A stretch of DNA of 64,000 nucleotides from the NCBI GenBank assembly GCA_000934665.2, contig JYFJ02001594.1, positions 1 through 64,000 of the forward strand. Reading direction: 5' to 3'. Below, piece by piece: positions 12,931 to 24,323 of this stretch. The notes under the pieces were generated by a model that did no database searches, was not told where the DNA came from, and worked only from the letters and a program-made list of their open reading frames with translations. A program made the position numbers and the translations under genes. Position 1 is the first letter of the stretch. Each line of letters opens with the position of its first letter. The stretch is from Catajapyx aquilonaris. Taxonomy: Eukaryota.

Positions 12931-15479
12931 TAATGTACAGGATATCGCATATCTTAAAGGTCGTTGTATGGCCACAAATTTAAAGGAATAAAATAATCTC
13001 TTATGAAATATTGATCCGGACTTCCTGCTGAGCATTTAAAATCGGTTTTACCAGGTAGGTATCGCATAAGTTTCGATACAAAACAAGTTTTTTCCTGGAA
13101 TTGAAACGTGTCAGACATTTTTGTGACAGTCACGCAACTAGTTACATGCAGCCACGCAAGACCGTGTGCTTCTTTAAAATATTGCTGGCGTGAATGACCA
13201 CCATTCGATATACTTACCAGGCAACAATGGCGTCTCATGTCAGCGTTGAGGTTGAATTATGGGGGCCAATATTTTTGCGTATACTGGCAGTGCATTTTTA
13301 TCAAAAAATTACTGGCGTCAGCATTTTTGTTACAATACTGTTCAGGAAGGGATGAGAAGCTTCCGTGACTCATCTGGCAGACCCCATCTGCTCATGATTA
13401 TTAAAATGTCCCTTAAAGTGACAAGTTGATACCAAGTACCGGATCTGGCTAAAACCAAGTTGGGCGTTTACGGAGGCAGCCTTGCCACACCCCCGGAGAG
13501 GCATGTCGAATTATGGGTTACAAGCAGCAGGTGTTGTTTATCCTCAGCTGCTGACGGTAGTTCTAATTATGCCGCAGGACAACCTGTCCTGAGAACGATA
13601 GACATACACAACTTACTACAATATCTGGATCTATAGGCCATTTTGTTTTCCTCCAAGTGTAGCGTTGGAATAAGTGCAGTCACCAGGCTTGTAATTACGT
13701 ATATATATTTTTTTATAAATATATTTTCTAAAAATTGTGGTCTTGTGGAAAAATAACCTGACCTACATTAAGACGTCGCCTCTCATACGGTGCATTGCTC
13801 TATTATTGTCCTCACGGAAGTGTAAATGGTCAATTTAGCAGCTGACACGTACAGAACCTTTCGAGCAGAATAACTTGCGAGCAAGAAGAGCTCCTTCAAT
13901 CCTGAGAAGATGAGAGCATGCGGTCGATTCCTGAGGAGGTATAACAGCCACCTCTAAAAAAAAAGACTGAAGAGCTAGCTTCATAGGTCTCATTAGAAGT
14001 GGCTGACATTGCTCCAGTGCAATCAGGTTCCTGAAGTTCTTCAATTGTTTGGGCCTGAGAAAAATGGGGTGGCGGAAATTTGCTGAATCATCGGCTCAAG
14101 TTTTAGCTAGTTTTTTAAAAAAAGGTATTAAAAGTTTTTTTGTCATAAGAAATCGATGTGGTTCATTAATCGTTTTTTTGTGGGGAGTCATTAACGTTCG
14201 ACAGCAGAAACCAGGTCGAGGAATAGGTTTGTCATGTGTGGTGTTCCCAACAGACTTTTCCCCCCAGGTTCCATGTTTTATTCATACCGGTGCTTGTGGA
14301 GTTTAGCCGTCTGATTACATAGTAACTGATGAGCATTCCTAACTTTATTCGATACCGGTACCCAACTGGATTCTGGGGAAAAAAATGAACGCTATCGTAA
14401 CATCAAAATTTCTCCCAAACAGTAACATTTATTTTCCAAAAACTCACACAAAAGGCACAAATCCGAGTATACATGCTTGGAAAAAGTCTACACAATAAAG
14501 GCACGCATATATCAACAATCACATCATAATGTAACGAGCACATTAATTTTTAACTCGATGTATACAGTTCCACTCTCAACCATGAACTAAAAAGGCGAGT
14601 ATACCGGTATATATAAAGTTGTTTTTAAATATATCCAGCTAACACATATTATGTAAAATAGAAACTGCACAATAAATATAGTGACAGCGTCAATCTGTAG
14701 TTTGCTGTTACTTGAAGAGGGTTATTTCCAGCCTTTTGATCCACATGGTGTTGACTAGTGGCTTATCCCACTTGAAGCTTTAGAGTGGAACCTTTTTAGG
14801 GTTCTATAGAACTGCGGGAAAATACTGCATCGTTCCACTCGAGTTCTTTAGACCTCAATGGACAGGGAGTGATGGACGAGGGAACTACTGACCACCTTAC
14901 AGTATTTCCCAACTCAGATCTTGACCATTCTTGGTTCCACCTTTAAGGTTGCTTTAATACGTTCACTACCTGCTTGTTTGTGTTCCATACTAACAAGTAA
15001 GTGTAGTTTTTTTTGTAAAAATATATTCAGATTAGGAAGTTCATAAAATGTATTATGCACAAAATATTACTATATTTTTTGGCAGATTAATACCCGGCTA
15101 CTCGTTGTCGCTAAGTTTGGCATCGTATATTTTTGGCTTTTTCACATTTGTACTAATAATTGAGCCCTGTAACTAACAAGTGGGTCATAACAAGTGCCTT
15201 AAATCTGGCAACATTCTTGATAACTCTGGAACAACAGGCGGGAATAAGTTCGGTGTAAGTATTGGGCGGACTTTTTATACTCTGTGCGTAAAAAATCAAT
15301 GCTCATGTTAGTTTTTTATAGAATGAAATGCCAAATTTTATACTCCAAAGGAACTGATGGGCAATATTTTATAAGAGCAATATCCATTAGTGGAAGTAGA
15401 AAAGTGAGGCGTGTCATTTCTAATTAAAGTGTAGGGCATGAAAATCAATATTTTAATTATAACTGTGGGAGATCAGTGC

Positions 15480-15780
15480 CATAATATAAAAAATAAATAA
15501 ATGAAATGAAATAATATAATATAATATAATACATTCATTAATTCATTATTAAAAATAATAAAAAATAAATGAAATGAGATGAAATAATATACGGTAATAT
15601 AATATATAAATAAATAAAAATGTCGTATAAAATAACTAATATAACAAAATAAATAAAATAAATAAAATAACGACAATAAATAAATAACATTTGTGACAAA
15701 AATTAATTAAAATATGACACAAATTACTGAAAATTATGACAACAAATAAATAACAAGAATAAAATAAAATGACACCTAAA
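15480..15780. repeat. AT-rich low-complexity degenerate (AAAT/AATAT)n tract
   Basis: Almost pure A/T with short repeated units. Confidence 0.8.
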
Positions 15781-16179
15781 TCATGAATCACTGTGTAGAA
15801 GCATGTTTAAACTGACTGAGAGTCTACCTGGAAAGAAATTTACAGGCAAAATTTTCCAGCACTTTTCACTGTTCTTTCATCTGACATCTACCCTGCAACT
15901 GCGGTTAATTTTGGTTAGTATGGTGAGGTAGGTCAGTCGTTGGTGTAGGATTACCCAGCTCCAGCAGGATAGCAATCCCGCATGAGTGACAGCCCCCTGT
16001 GGACCATACCTTGTATACTCAGCAGACAAGCTCGCAGGCTTGGAAACAACGCCTTTCAACACTTTTCAAGGACCGCAAACATGTGCAGATTGACGCTTTT
16101 TTTTTCTTCTCGTTTTTTTTTGGCAAGGAAAGTACACTTCCCATATCTTTCAAACCAGGCTTTGAAGTTCAGCCGTGTG

Positions 16180-16548
16180 TCAATCTCCGGCCACGAAAGT
16201 GCAGAGTTCGAGTCTTCCGTTGCCTGTTGGGTCACATTGGGTGCCCCATTGGACCGGTTCTATCCCACCCGCATTATTGTCAGCCCCGCGTTTCTTCCCG
16301 TACAGAACCCGTATCTTCTGGATAAACTTTGGACCCTTCTCGCGGGTGTCGTTGATAAGTGAAGATTGACGGTCCTCCGGTTGGGTGGTAAGCTGCTCCT
16401 GGAGTCGAGCCTCCGGATCCTCCAGGGACTCATCCTCGTCTCCTCGGGAGTTGTTGTCTGGAACCGAGTGCAGATGACTCCTCGACGGTTCGGAGAGGTC
16501 ACGCCTCGCAGGTGAGTCACGGAGGCAGAAGCACCCGGACAGATTGTC
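16180..16548 (-). CDS. GPCR paralogue B exon 3 (C-terminal tail)
   Basis: Strong polypyrimidine acceptor ttgttctctcccgcttccag|GAC. Encodes DNLSGCFCLR (candidate palmitoylation Cys) through to the stop at 16180. Confidence 0.8.
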   Translation of the reverse strand, partial: DNLSGCFCLRDSPARRDLSEPSRSHLHSVPDNNSRGDEDESLEDPEARLQEQLTTQPEDRQSSLINDTREKGPKFIQKIRVLYGKKRGADNNAGGIEPVQWGTQCDPTGNGRLELCTFVAGD

Positions 16549-19500
16549 CTGGAAGCGGGAGAGAACAAGGCGAAAAAAATAATGAGGGTTGTAAATTGAA
16601 CCATGCCGAAACGAAATTGTAAAAAAACTGTAAATTCCGAAACACCCGGTATATGTCCTCGAACGCACGATGGTGTTGTTAAGAGTGTCGCTTCTCACCG
16701 GGTAGATGAGGCTGTAAAATGTCTCCACCTGTTTTACTGAGGTGTGTGCGCACCTCAGGTGTTTCGCTCCACGAATTGCATTTTCGCTATTTACAGAATG
16801 CATCCCAGGTGGCCATCAATGTCGCCTGCGTCGTGCAAAAGACCTTGTTTTTTTGGTCGTACAGCAAAGCCCTATTATTAATTCCAGCCAGAGCTGTACA
16901 TAAGCATTGCTATTTCTCGCCTTATTTTCGTCTCTCTTTGAACCGATCTCTCCAGAGGCGATTGGCTGACCCTGTAAGTGGCACTTGGTCGACATTCCAT
17001 TTCCTTCTCTTCAGATTCTCCTTACGATCTGAAAAGCCTCTCAACCATGACCTATCCCCACGTGAATGAATGGAGCTCCTTTATATAAGATTAGTATTCC
17101 TCATGCGTTGTGGGCCTCTGCGGTGAAAACCCTCCCTGATGCATTACCTGGACATGGGCAGCTCATTTTCTGACTCCCAAAGTAGAACTACTTTAAAGTC
17201 TCCTGCTCTTTTGGATTCCCAGGGTAAAAGGCACTGGGTTATGTTAGGGGGCAGAAGGCTTTTCAGCTCAGCTTCAAATCCTTTTGGCCATCAGAGGGTA
17301 ATACTGTTCCGGTCTGGCCCCTAAAATTCGGTGGGCTATACCACAGTCAGTTGATTCACAGACATCTCAAAAAAAAATTATTCGCGAATTGGATACTGTC
17401 AAAGGCTCCCTAGTGCAATTTTATGGGAATTGCAAATAATATTTGCGACAATTGGTTGACTTTTTGAGTTGCGAATAAAATTGAGATGAATGAATTGTGT
17501 GTTAGCAAATTTTAGTTATTCCTAATTGCTTTATGGAATACAGCGCTTTACATTAATTGGCGTTAATGGGAATGACGGTCTCCAAAACTGATGGAAAATG
17601 GTCTGATTATTGTAGCGTGTAATAGCAGCGGCCATGACCGTACTATCGCGTGGAAATTACCCGTGATTTATTCAGGCAGCGTGCGAGGTTTCAGACAGAG
17701 TGTGCCGGACACTTACTAATCAAGAGGCCATCTCCATTCAGACTAAACCTCCTGTGAGAGCTGGTGTTTTCATGTGGCCAATTACCAAAATTGGATCCAT
17801 GAATATTTTAAAACCATTACATCCCTACTTTAATGCGGTATGGCATTACGTCGCACCGGATCTCATGCTCAACTAGCATGACAGTTAATCGCGCCGTGTA
17901 ACTCTTTGCAATTTAAAGTGCAAAAAATATTATCCATAATGATCTGTACTAAGCGGATGAGTGTTACAGCTGAAAAATCACTTCAGGCTCGTTTCATATT
18001 TCAGTGCGCTCTTGCGGTCATACTGCTGAAGTACACGGTGATGTACCCGTGAATTTGGATCATTATTCGATACCAGGACAAACAACAAGATGAAACAGTT
18101 CCGCCCTTTTGATCATATTCGGCTGGGAAAAAAAATAATCCGCCTTGTAATTGTGTAAATACGCTCAAGTAATTCGGTTATCTGTTGCAGCATGCGCGTC
18201 ATATGCTTTAATGAACTGCACTGTCCCATACAAATACAGGGTGTCACATTAATAAAAAAACAGTTACCTTGAAAGCCTGACGAAACTTTCGAGACATGAT
18301 GTTGTACAGGATTGGATTGATGCTGGTAGACACATAGTAGAGGATGCCGGATACGTAGGTCAGGATGTCGTATATGATGAGCACCGTTGGGCTTGGACCC
18401 TGTTGTCCTCCAGTTCCGTAGATGGCAAGAAGTCTTTGGGCATGAAAAGGAGCCCAGCAGACAAAGAAGGCCACGACCACAGCCACTGAAAAACACAGAA
18501 TGAAGAGACCTAGGTCAGGGACGGGTTCTTTGTCCGGTTTGCGACTTTGTTTTCAAACATCAGCTGTGTTTACAAAGCCTTTGTGGGCTTTATTTGATCT
18601 GCGCTTTTAGTCGACGGAATGGCATTGACGAAGGATTACAATGTGGTCATTATCTGAGCCCGGTATTTTTAAAAGGCCTGTTATCGATGGATTTTTCCAA
18701 TAGGAAGAGGAACTAACGAGTGATATTTTTTTTCTGTATAAACCTATATTAGTAATTGCGTTTCACAAGCACATCTCTCTTCCCCCATTTATCAGCAGCA
18801 GAAATCAGACACTGCGCACAAAATACCAAAATACGTGCAGAGATTATCAAGTCTCATTTTCGCTTCCTAAGTTATAAGACCCGATATAATTTGGAACCTA
18901 TTCATGTAGGTTACAATACAGCCGTGGGCTCAGGCATCTGGCGAATCACAGTATAAAATGGCCCGCAGCTTTTGAGATATACAGAAGATCCTTAAGGCAT
19001 TCAGAAGGCATTATAAGGACTCAGCAACTGTAGAAATTGATCCGTCGTATTCGCAGAAACTTGCTGGAAAGACATTTCCTTCCTGAAATAAAATGGGCTT
19101 CCCTTTTTTTCCTTTAGTCATTACCAGCTATCATTGAGGGATTTTTAGACGTGGAAATGAGACCACTAAAGCAAACGGAGCTATAGAAAAAAGGGTACGG
19201 TATCGGAATCAACAACTTGTTTGCCAGGTTATTTTCAGCTTTAGAAGGACAAGAGCTGTGAGTTCTTAAATTTTTTGGCATTAATTAGAATCTATTTTTG
19301 GCAGCCCTGATGTTCGTCAGAAATTATGTTCTGAAGTTTGCAACGCATATTTTGTGGTCGCCTCTAAACAATGATTATAAATCTAGCTTTGAAATGCACC
19401 CTGTGTTATATCAATATGCTAAGAAAGTAAGCTAGCGTGTTCTGCATTTTAAACTCATATAGTGAATAATGGACTTGACTTAATGTCCTTGCCCTATTGT

Positions 19501-22500
19501 TGACTTTGTATAGTCCGCTTGTGGCTAAATTGGAAATCCTTGTCAGACTTGGATTATGTCCAGTTCTATGACCGTGTCCGAAATTAAATCCGATAAGCGA
19601 ATGAGCTTGCTGCATGCAACGGTATTATTTCACATTCAGGCAGCATCTCATTTCATAATGAGTAGCACTGTACAATGAAATGTGATATGCTTATACAAAG
19701 CAAGCATGGTTTTCATTCCTCATGTTGTGCTCTCGGAGAAAACCGTGTCCATTTCGAAAATAATATGGGCACTATGATTTAGGTATAACGCTGCCTTTGT
19801 AACTACGCCGTTGCTTACATCTATAATATTAAAATCCTTGCGGGAGTTGGCCGAGCCCTCTGATTGGTCCGCCGCATATTGTTACCGCCAGCGCCACCTC
19901 CCCATTGGCCCGCGTTCTACTCATGCGCAATGGGGTGTAAACAACTCCTGTTGGGTTGCCGGGGAAACTGTCAATTCCCCGGCGATATGGTGCGCCGAAT
20001 AGGTACCCCAGGCCGTAGGCCTAAAAAAGAGCGAGAGTTTTCCTAGTATTATTGAAAGCTGCTCACCGCTATGTAGGCAACATGAATTATTCATGCAAAT
20101 TATTGCAGTAAGTCTTCATCATGTATGCTCCCGGTGATTTTAATGCATATCAGTAATGAGCTCCTTAACCATGTTGCCTCTGATAAAGCAAATGAACGTT
20201 GCAGTATGTAGCTCCAAAAATTTTAAGGATCATTACTGCTGCCATAGAAATACAGTAATGTCACAAGAATATATTGGGTCTTTCATGGACGTTCAGGTTA
20301 AATGTAATGCTTAAGAAATAATAAAATAGGTAAAAAGGTAGTGACATAAATCATGTTAATATATGATATACGGTCTCGAAAAACGAGAAAAGTAATATCA
20401 AAAAAGAAAGACAAACCAATTTTGAGTCAGATGATTTGACAAAATTGAAACTGTTTCATGGAGTACGATTAAGAGGGACTTGAGGGTCATTTCGGCTGGC
20501 TTAAATTGAAATTTGATGACAATTAGTGCACATCGTCATAATGTGGCTCTCCCTTTTCCGCGACAACTTGCTCATTAATAACCTCCGTGGGAGGCAGGGC
20601 CTCGGGAGAATTACTTGCAAGTGGCTGCTTTTATCGGAGGGAAAGGCTTTTGCATGTTACAATGTGACGTAAAGATGAACCTTTGTTTGCCTGCCAAAGA
20701 GGAAGACTTTTTTCTGTGAGCATTTCCAAAAGTTTTTTTAATAAATTAGAGTTCCCTGTGAATGAATATTTAAAAATTGTGAAAAATATTTGAATGGTTA
20801 AAAATGTTCAGCATTACCACTTGCTGCTTAATGGCGTACCATTTATGACAATACAAACTCAATTGTGCAAATAACATTATCATAATATTCTTCCCTTGTC
20901 TCTTTTCGCATATAAAATATGTCAATGTGTTGAGTATGTTTTAAAAGTTGATTTAACACGTTCCCTTCCGGTTCTACGAAATGAAGTTTTCCAGGTACAG
21001 TATAAATAAAATAGTACGTATACACTAAGTGCTCCAGACAGATGAAAAATGTCTGCAGCCATAAATATATGATTGCCCAGATTAAACCTGCCTTTGACGT
21101 AAGTATCGACCGTTGTCTGGCAAATTGTGTGAGAAAAATAGTGGCTACAAAAACAACGCCATAGACGCTATATAGTCGTGGTGCACTTCAATCCTACTTT
21201 TCGCGAGAAGGACAGCACCCACGTTCCATCCATCAACACAATTCCCAAGTGATTCAGTTGACACAACTCTCAGGAATATTTGCTTTGAGGCAACAGGGTG
21301 GTGACTGGTGTCAGAGACACATCTGGAGTAAATGACGTTATACGATGGTTAAAGGCTTGGTAATTTTTTGACGACACCACCCTAATTAAACATGTCGGTC
21401 TGTCAGATCCACAGGGACCACCCATCATTAGAAACACATATGGTCCGTAACAGCATCCAGCACATCAGGTGGCTTATAACTACGCATTGCACCTGAAAAC
21501 GATGCTTTCAGAAGCCAATTATCAGATTTATCAGAGATGCCACCTGCTAATATTAGTGTGCGTAGACTGTTTAAAAATAATGAGCTTAAATCTTTCCAAC
21601 ATTGGCATTTCAATTTAGACACCCTGTATGTCTTGCAGAAAAAAACAAGCAAGCATTTTTTTGTCCTCTTCCCATTTCGTCTATTGCGTCGAATATTTCG
21701 AACTACGCAATTCTTTCCGTATGAAATCTGTGTGGAGATGCGAGCCTCGTTTCTAGAAAAAAAAGCACCGCTAAATCCTAACTCCACCATTTTTTCGCTC
21801 TCTAAAAATTGAAGAATTCAATACATCTCTCACATAATCTCTGTCGATGCGTGACGTTCCTCTGAGGCGTAATAAAATTCGAAGCCACATCTCTGATCCG
21901 ACAGCTAAGAAAAGTTTCTACCAGCAGTTTCACACTATAGCGACTGAATTTACACCCCATGGCTACATTGCTGAATACTTGAATACATTGAATTTATAAT
22001 ATCTAGGTCTCCGGCTTGCACCTACTGTGAGACTGTGAAACTGCTGTAAATTCTGATGCTTGACTATTTGTTTTTGAATTCCATGTGTGCCATAAAATGT
22101 GCAGAAAAATATTTACATACAAAACTATTTGTTTGCCAGCCATTGTCTGTTTGAAAAAAATTCAACGAACTTTACTGTACGTGTAGTTTGTCGAAATCAC
22201 ACTCTGGCACTGTGTATAGCACCTGATGGGTGGTGGATCAGTCACTCCAGTCGAGCATGCGCATTCTCACTAGTAGATCCCGATATTCACGACTGAAGCG
22301 ACTAATCCATAACGTTTTATTTCCGTCTAATTGTTGAAGGTGTACCACATACAATAGTACACTCACTATCTCGAGAAATTCTTACATAATAATGAGCCAT
22401 TATTCACATAAAATACATCAGTGGTTCCCAAACATGTTTTTGAACACATGTTGATATCTCAGTGTCCTTCAGCATAAGCCGGGTCACTCTCTAGTTACAC

Positions 22501-24100
22501 AGAAAGTAAACACTTACACATTAGTCCCAACTACGCAGTTTCGCCTGACATGTCTGAGACTCGGGCAAATTCATGCGCGGCATCTAATTTCAATCAGATT
22601 AATTGTCGTCGTCGCAAACCGAAACTCAGACAACGCCGTCTGCTTTGGCTTGATCTGTGCGATAAAGCATGAATAATAATTACTATAGTTTCCGCGAGAC
22701 AATTCCATCTGTAGCCTGCGCTTGACTGGTTGTTCTCGTTTGGCTTTCAGGCGTCATTTGTTACCATGCAAGAATGAATCTGGTTAGGCTGATTTGGATG
22801 AATTATTTTTCACAGAGCAATATCTAATAGCTCACTACTGTACTGATGGGATTATTCAATTATTAGAAAGGGCCAATAATCCATGCTCATCAAATATTGG
22901 TGTGGAAGCAATGTACAATGCAAAATGTTGGCGGACCGAAGAATTTCATGCGATCACGAATTATTGTTTTACCAAATCATAAACGATATTACGTATTAAA
23001 ACCCAGCATTCTGTACAGTGCTTGTAACAAAAAATTTCATTCCAAAATAAAATAATAATTCTACTGTAAAATGGGAATATTTTATCTAATATTACGGTCT
23101 CTAAATGTTAATCAGGCTGATGCAGCGTGAATTAAATTATTCAGAATGATGCATAATTTTATATCATAGGGCGTAAATTTATTCATCAAACAGAATGACT
23201 TTATTACCATTGCAACAGGTATCCTAAGGCACCTAATAATTATTTTTATGCATATAGTAGAAGCAGGTCATTATTAAAACTATGTTTTTTAATAATGACC
23301 TACTAGTATGTTGTGATAGTTATGAATATTTAAAAGGACTTACCCAACATCCTGACCACCCTCCGAGACGAAGATCCATACGGAGAATGCACCGGTACGC
23401 ACGAGTTGTGGTCCTTGATCCTCCTGGCCACCGCCGTGGTCTTAGACGTGACCTTTGACCTCCTGAGCTTGAGAGCGATCAGCACGTACAGCACAGTGAT
23501 CAGCGTCATGGGCGCCACGAAGAACACAAACGTCGAGATCTCAAAAGCATGACGCACCAGCACTCTTTTGACCGAACACACCGTGTACGTCACGTCCCCC
23601 AGTCCGATCATGACGATACCCAACTGAAGAGCGTGTGGTATGGCCAGAAGCACCGACAGCGTCCATGCGGCCAGTATGATCTTGACAACCCTGGACAGCT
23701 TGGACATAGTGTGAGACTTGAGCGGATGGCATATGGCGATGTATCTTTCTGACGTAAACGCAGCGATGGTCAAAACCGTCGCGTTGGACGACATCTCCGC
23801 TGCGAATCCTCTTATCACGCAAAACGCTTCACCAAACAGGTACGGGTACCGGCACCAAATGGCAACCATCTCCTGTGGCAACCCAGTGATCAACAGGACC
23901 AGATCAGACACGGCCAGACTGAACAGATAATAATTAGTGGCCGTATGCATATACTTATTCCGGGCTATGACCACACATGTAATCACATTTCCAACAATTC
24001 CTCCGAGCAAAATCACGCTGTAAATCACAGTGATCGGCAGCACTATATAGAGCGGGTCACGTTTTGGTGGCATAATCGCCATGGTACCGTTGCCCTCCAT
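16180..24100 (-). CDS. Pyrokinin/PBAN-type neuropeptide receptor (neuromedin U receptor family), paralogue B, complete; exons 24100-23344, 18485-18268, 16548-16180; 447 aa
   Basis: The spliced CDS is 1344 nt and in frame. It carries PKRDPLYIVLPIT, GNVITC..HTATNYYLFSLAVSD, ERYIAICHP, CWAPFHAQR and NPILYNIMS motifs. The PKRDPLYIV N-terminus is typical of pyrokinin receptors; the subtype (PK1 vs PK2) cannot be resolved by eye. Confidence 0.93.
18268..18485 (-). CDS. GPCR paralogue B exon 2 (TM6-TM7)
   Basis: Acceptor tgtgtttttcag|TG GCT, donor TTC AAG|gtaact; 218 nt. Confidence 0.95.
19480..19570 (-). mobile_element. Degenerate PLE linker fragment
   Basis: HNPSLTRISNLATSGL vs recalled YNPALPNISNILRKHL. 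Confidence 0.4.
20860..20986 (-). mobile_element. Degenerate PLE linker fragment
   Basis: LHFV...LNQLLKHTQHIDIFYMRKETREEY vs recalled VPFV...LKSLSKIIRKHLNILYMNEEVKKVF. Confidence 0.45.
21497..21670 (-). mobile_element. Degenerate PLE linker fragment
   Basis: KKCLLV...VSKL...WKDLSS...DKSDNWLLKASF vs recalled KRVPLV...ISKI...WPILSS...DKNIGNFLVRSAF. Confidence 0.4.
23344..24100 (-). CDS. GPCR paralogue B exon 1 (TM1-TM5, ICL3)
   Basis: aaccATGG start (MEGNGT, with an N-glycosylation sequon); donor ATG TTG G|gtaagt. Confidence 0.95.
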
Positions 24101-24155
24101 GGTTACACAACACATATGGGGTAACCTTCGTCGTTCAGCAGTCCCGTCGCGACTA

Positions 24156-24323
24156 TCTCCTGACTCGAATATCCCGCAAACGCGCCGGGGCAGAGGAATC
24201 CAATACCAGGGCTGCGCGATGTCTGCCTAATTTGACCTAACGGGCACCGCTAAAGGCTTCGAGAACTCTGCGCGGATTAATAGGATCCGGAAAGAAAGGG
24301 TCATAGGTTAAGCCTAGATTTAT
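24156..24323 (-). mobile_element. Degenerate PLE linker fragment immediately 5' of the GPCR B start codon
   Basis: LGLTYDPFFP-...-LRDIRVR in one frame (one stop). There are 41 residues between LTY and LRD, the same as in the recalled consensus. Confidence 0.55.

Noticed and set aside
15473..15676. Hydrophobic F/Y/I/L-rich 67-aa ORF
   Set aside because: Translation of an AT-rich low-complexity tract.
16260..16604. Alternative frame for the receptor B terminal exon
   Set aside because: The phase-0 donor of exon 2 and the strong acceptor at 16549-16551 select the DNLSGC frame, which aligns with paralogue A.
24101..24115. Upstream in-frame ATG (MCCVT) as the receptor B start
   Set aside because: Poorer context than aaccATGG at 24100; not excluded but less likely.
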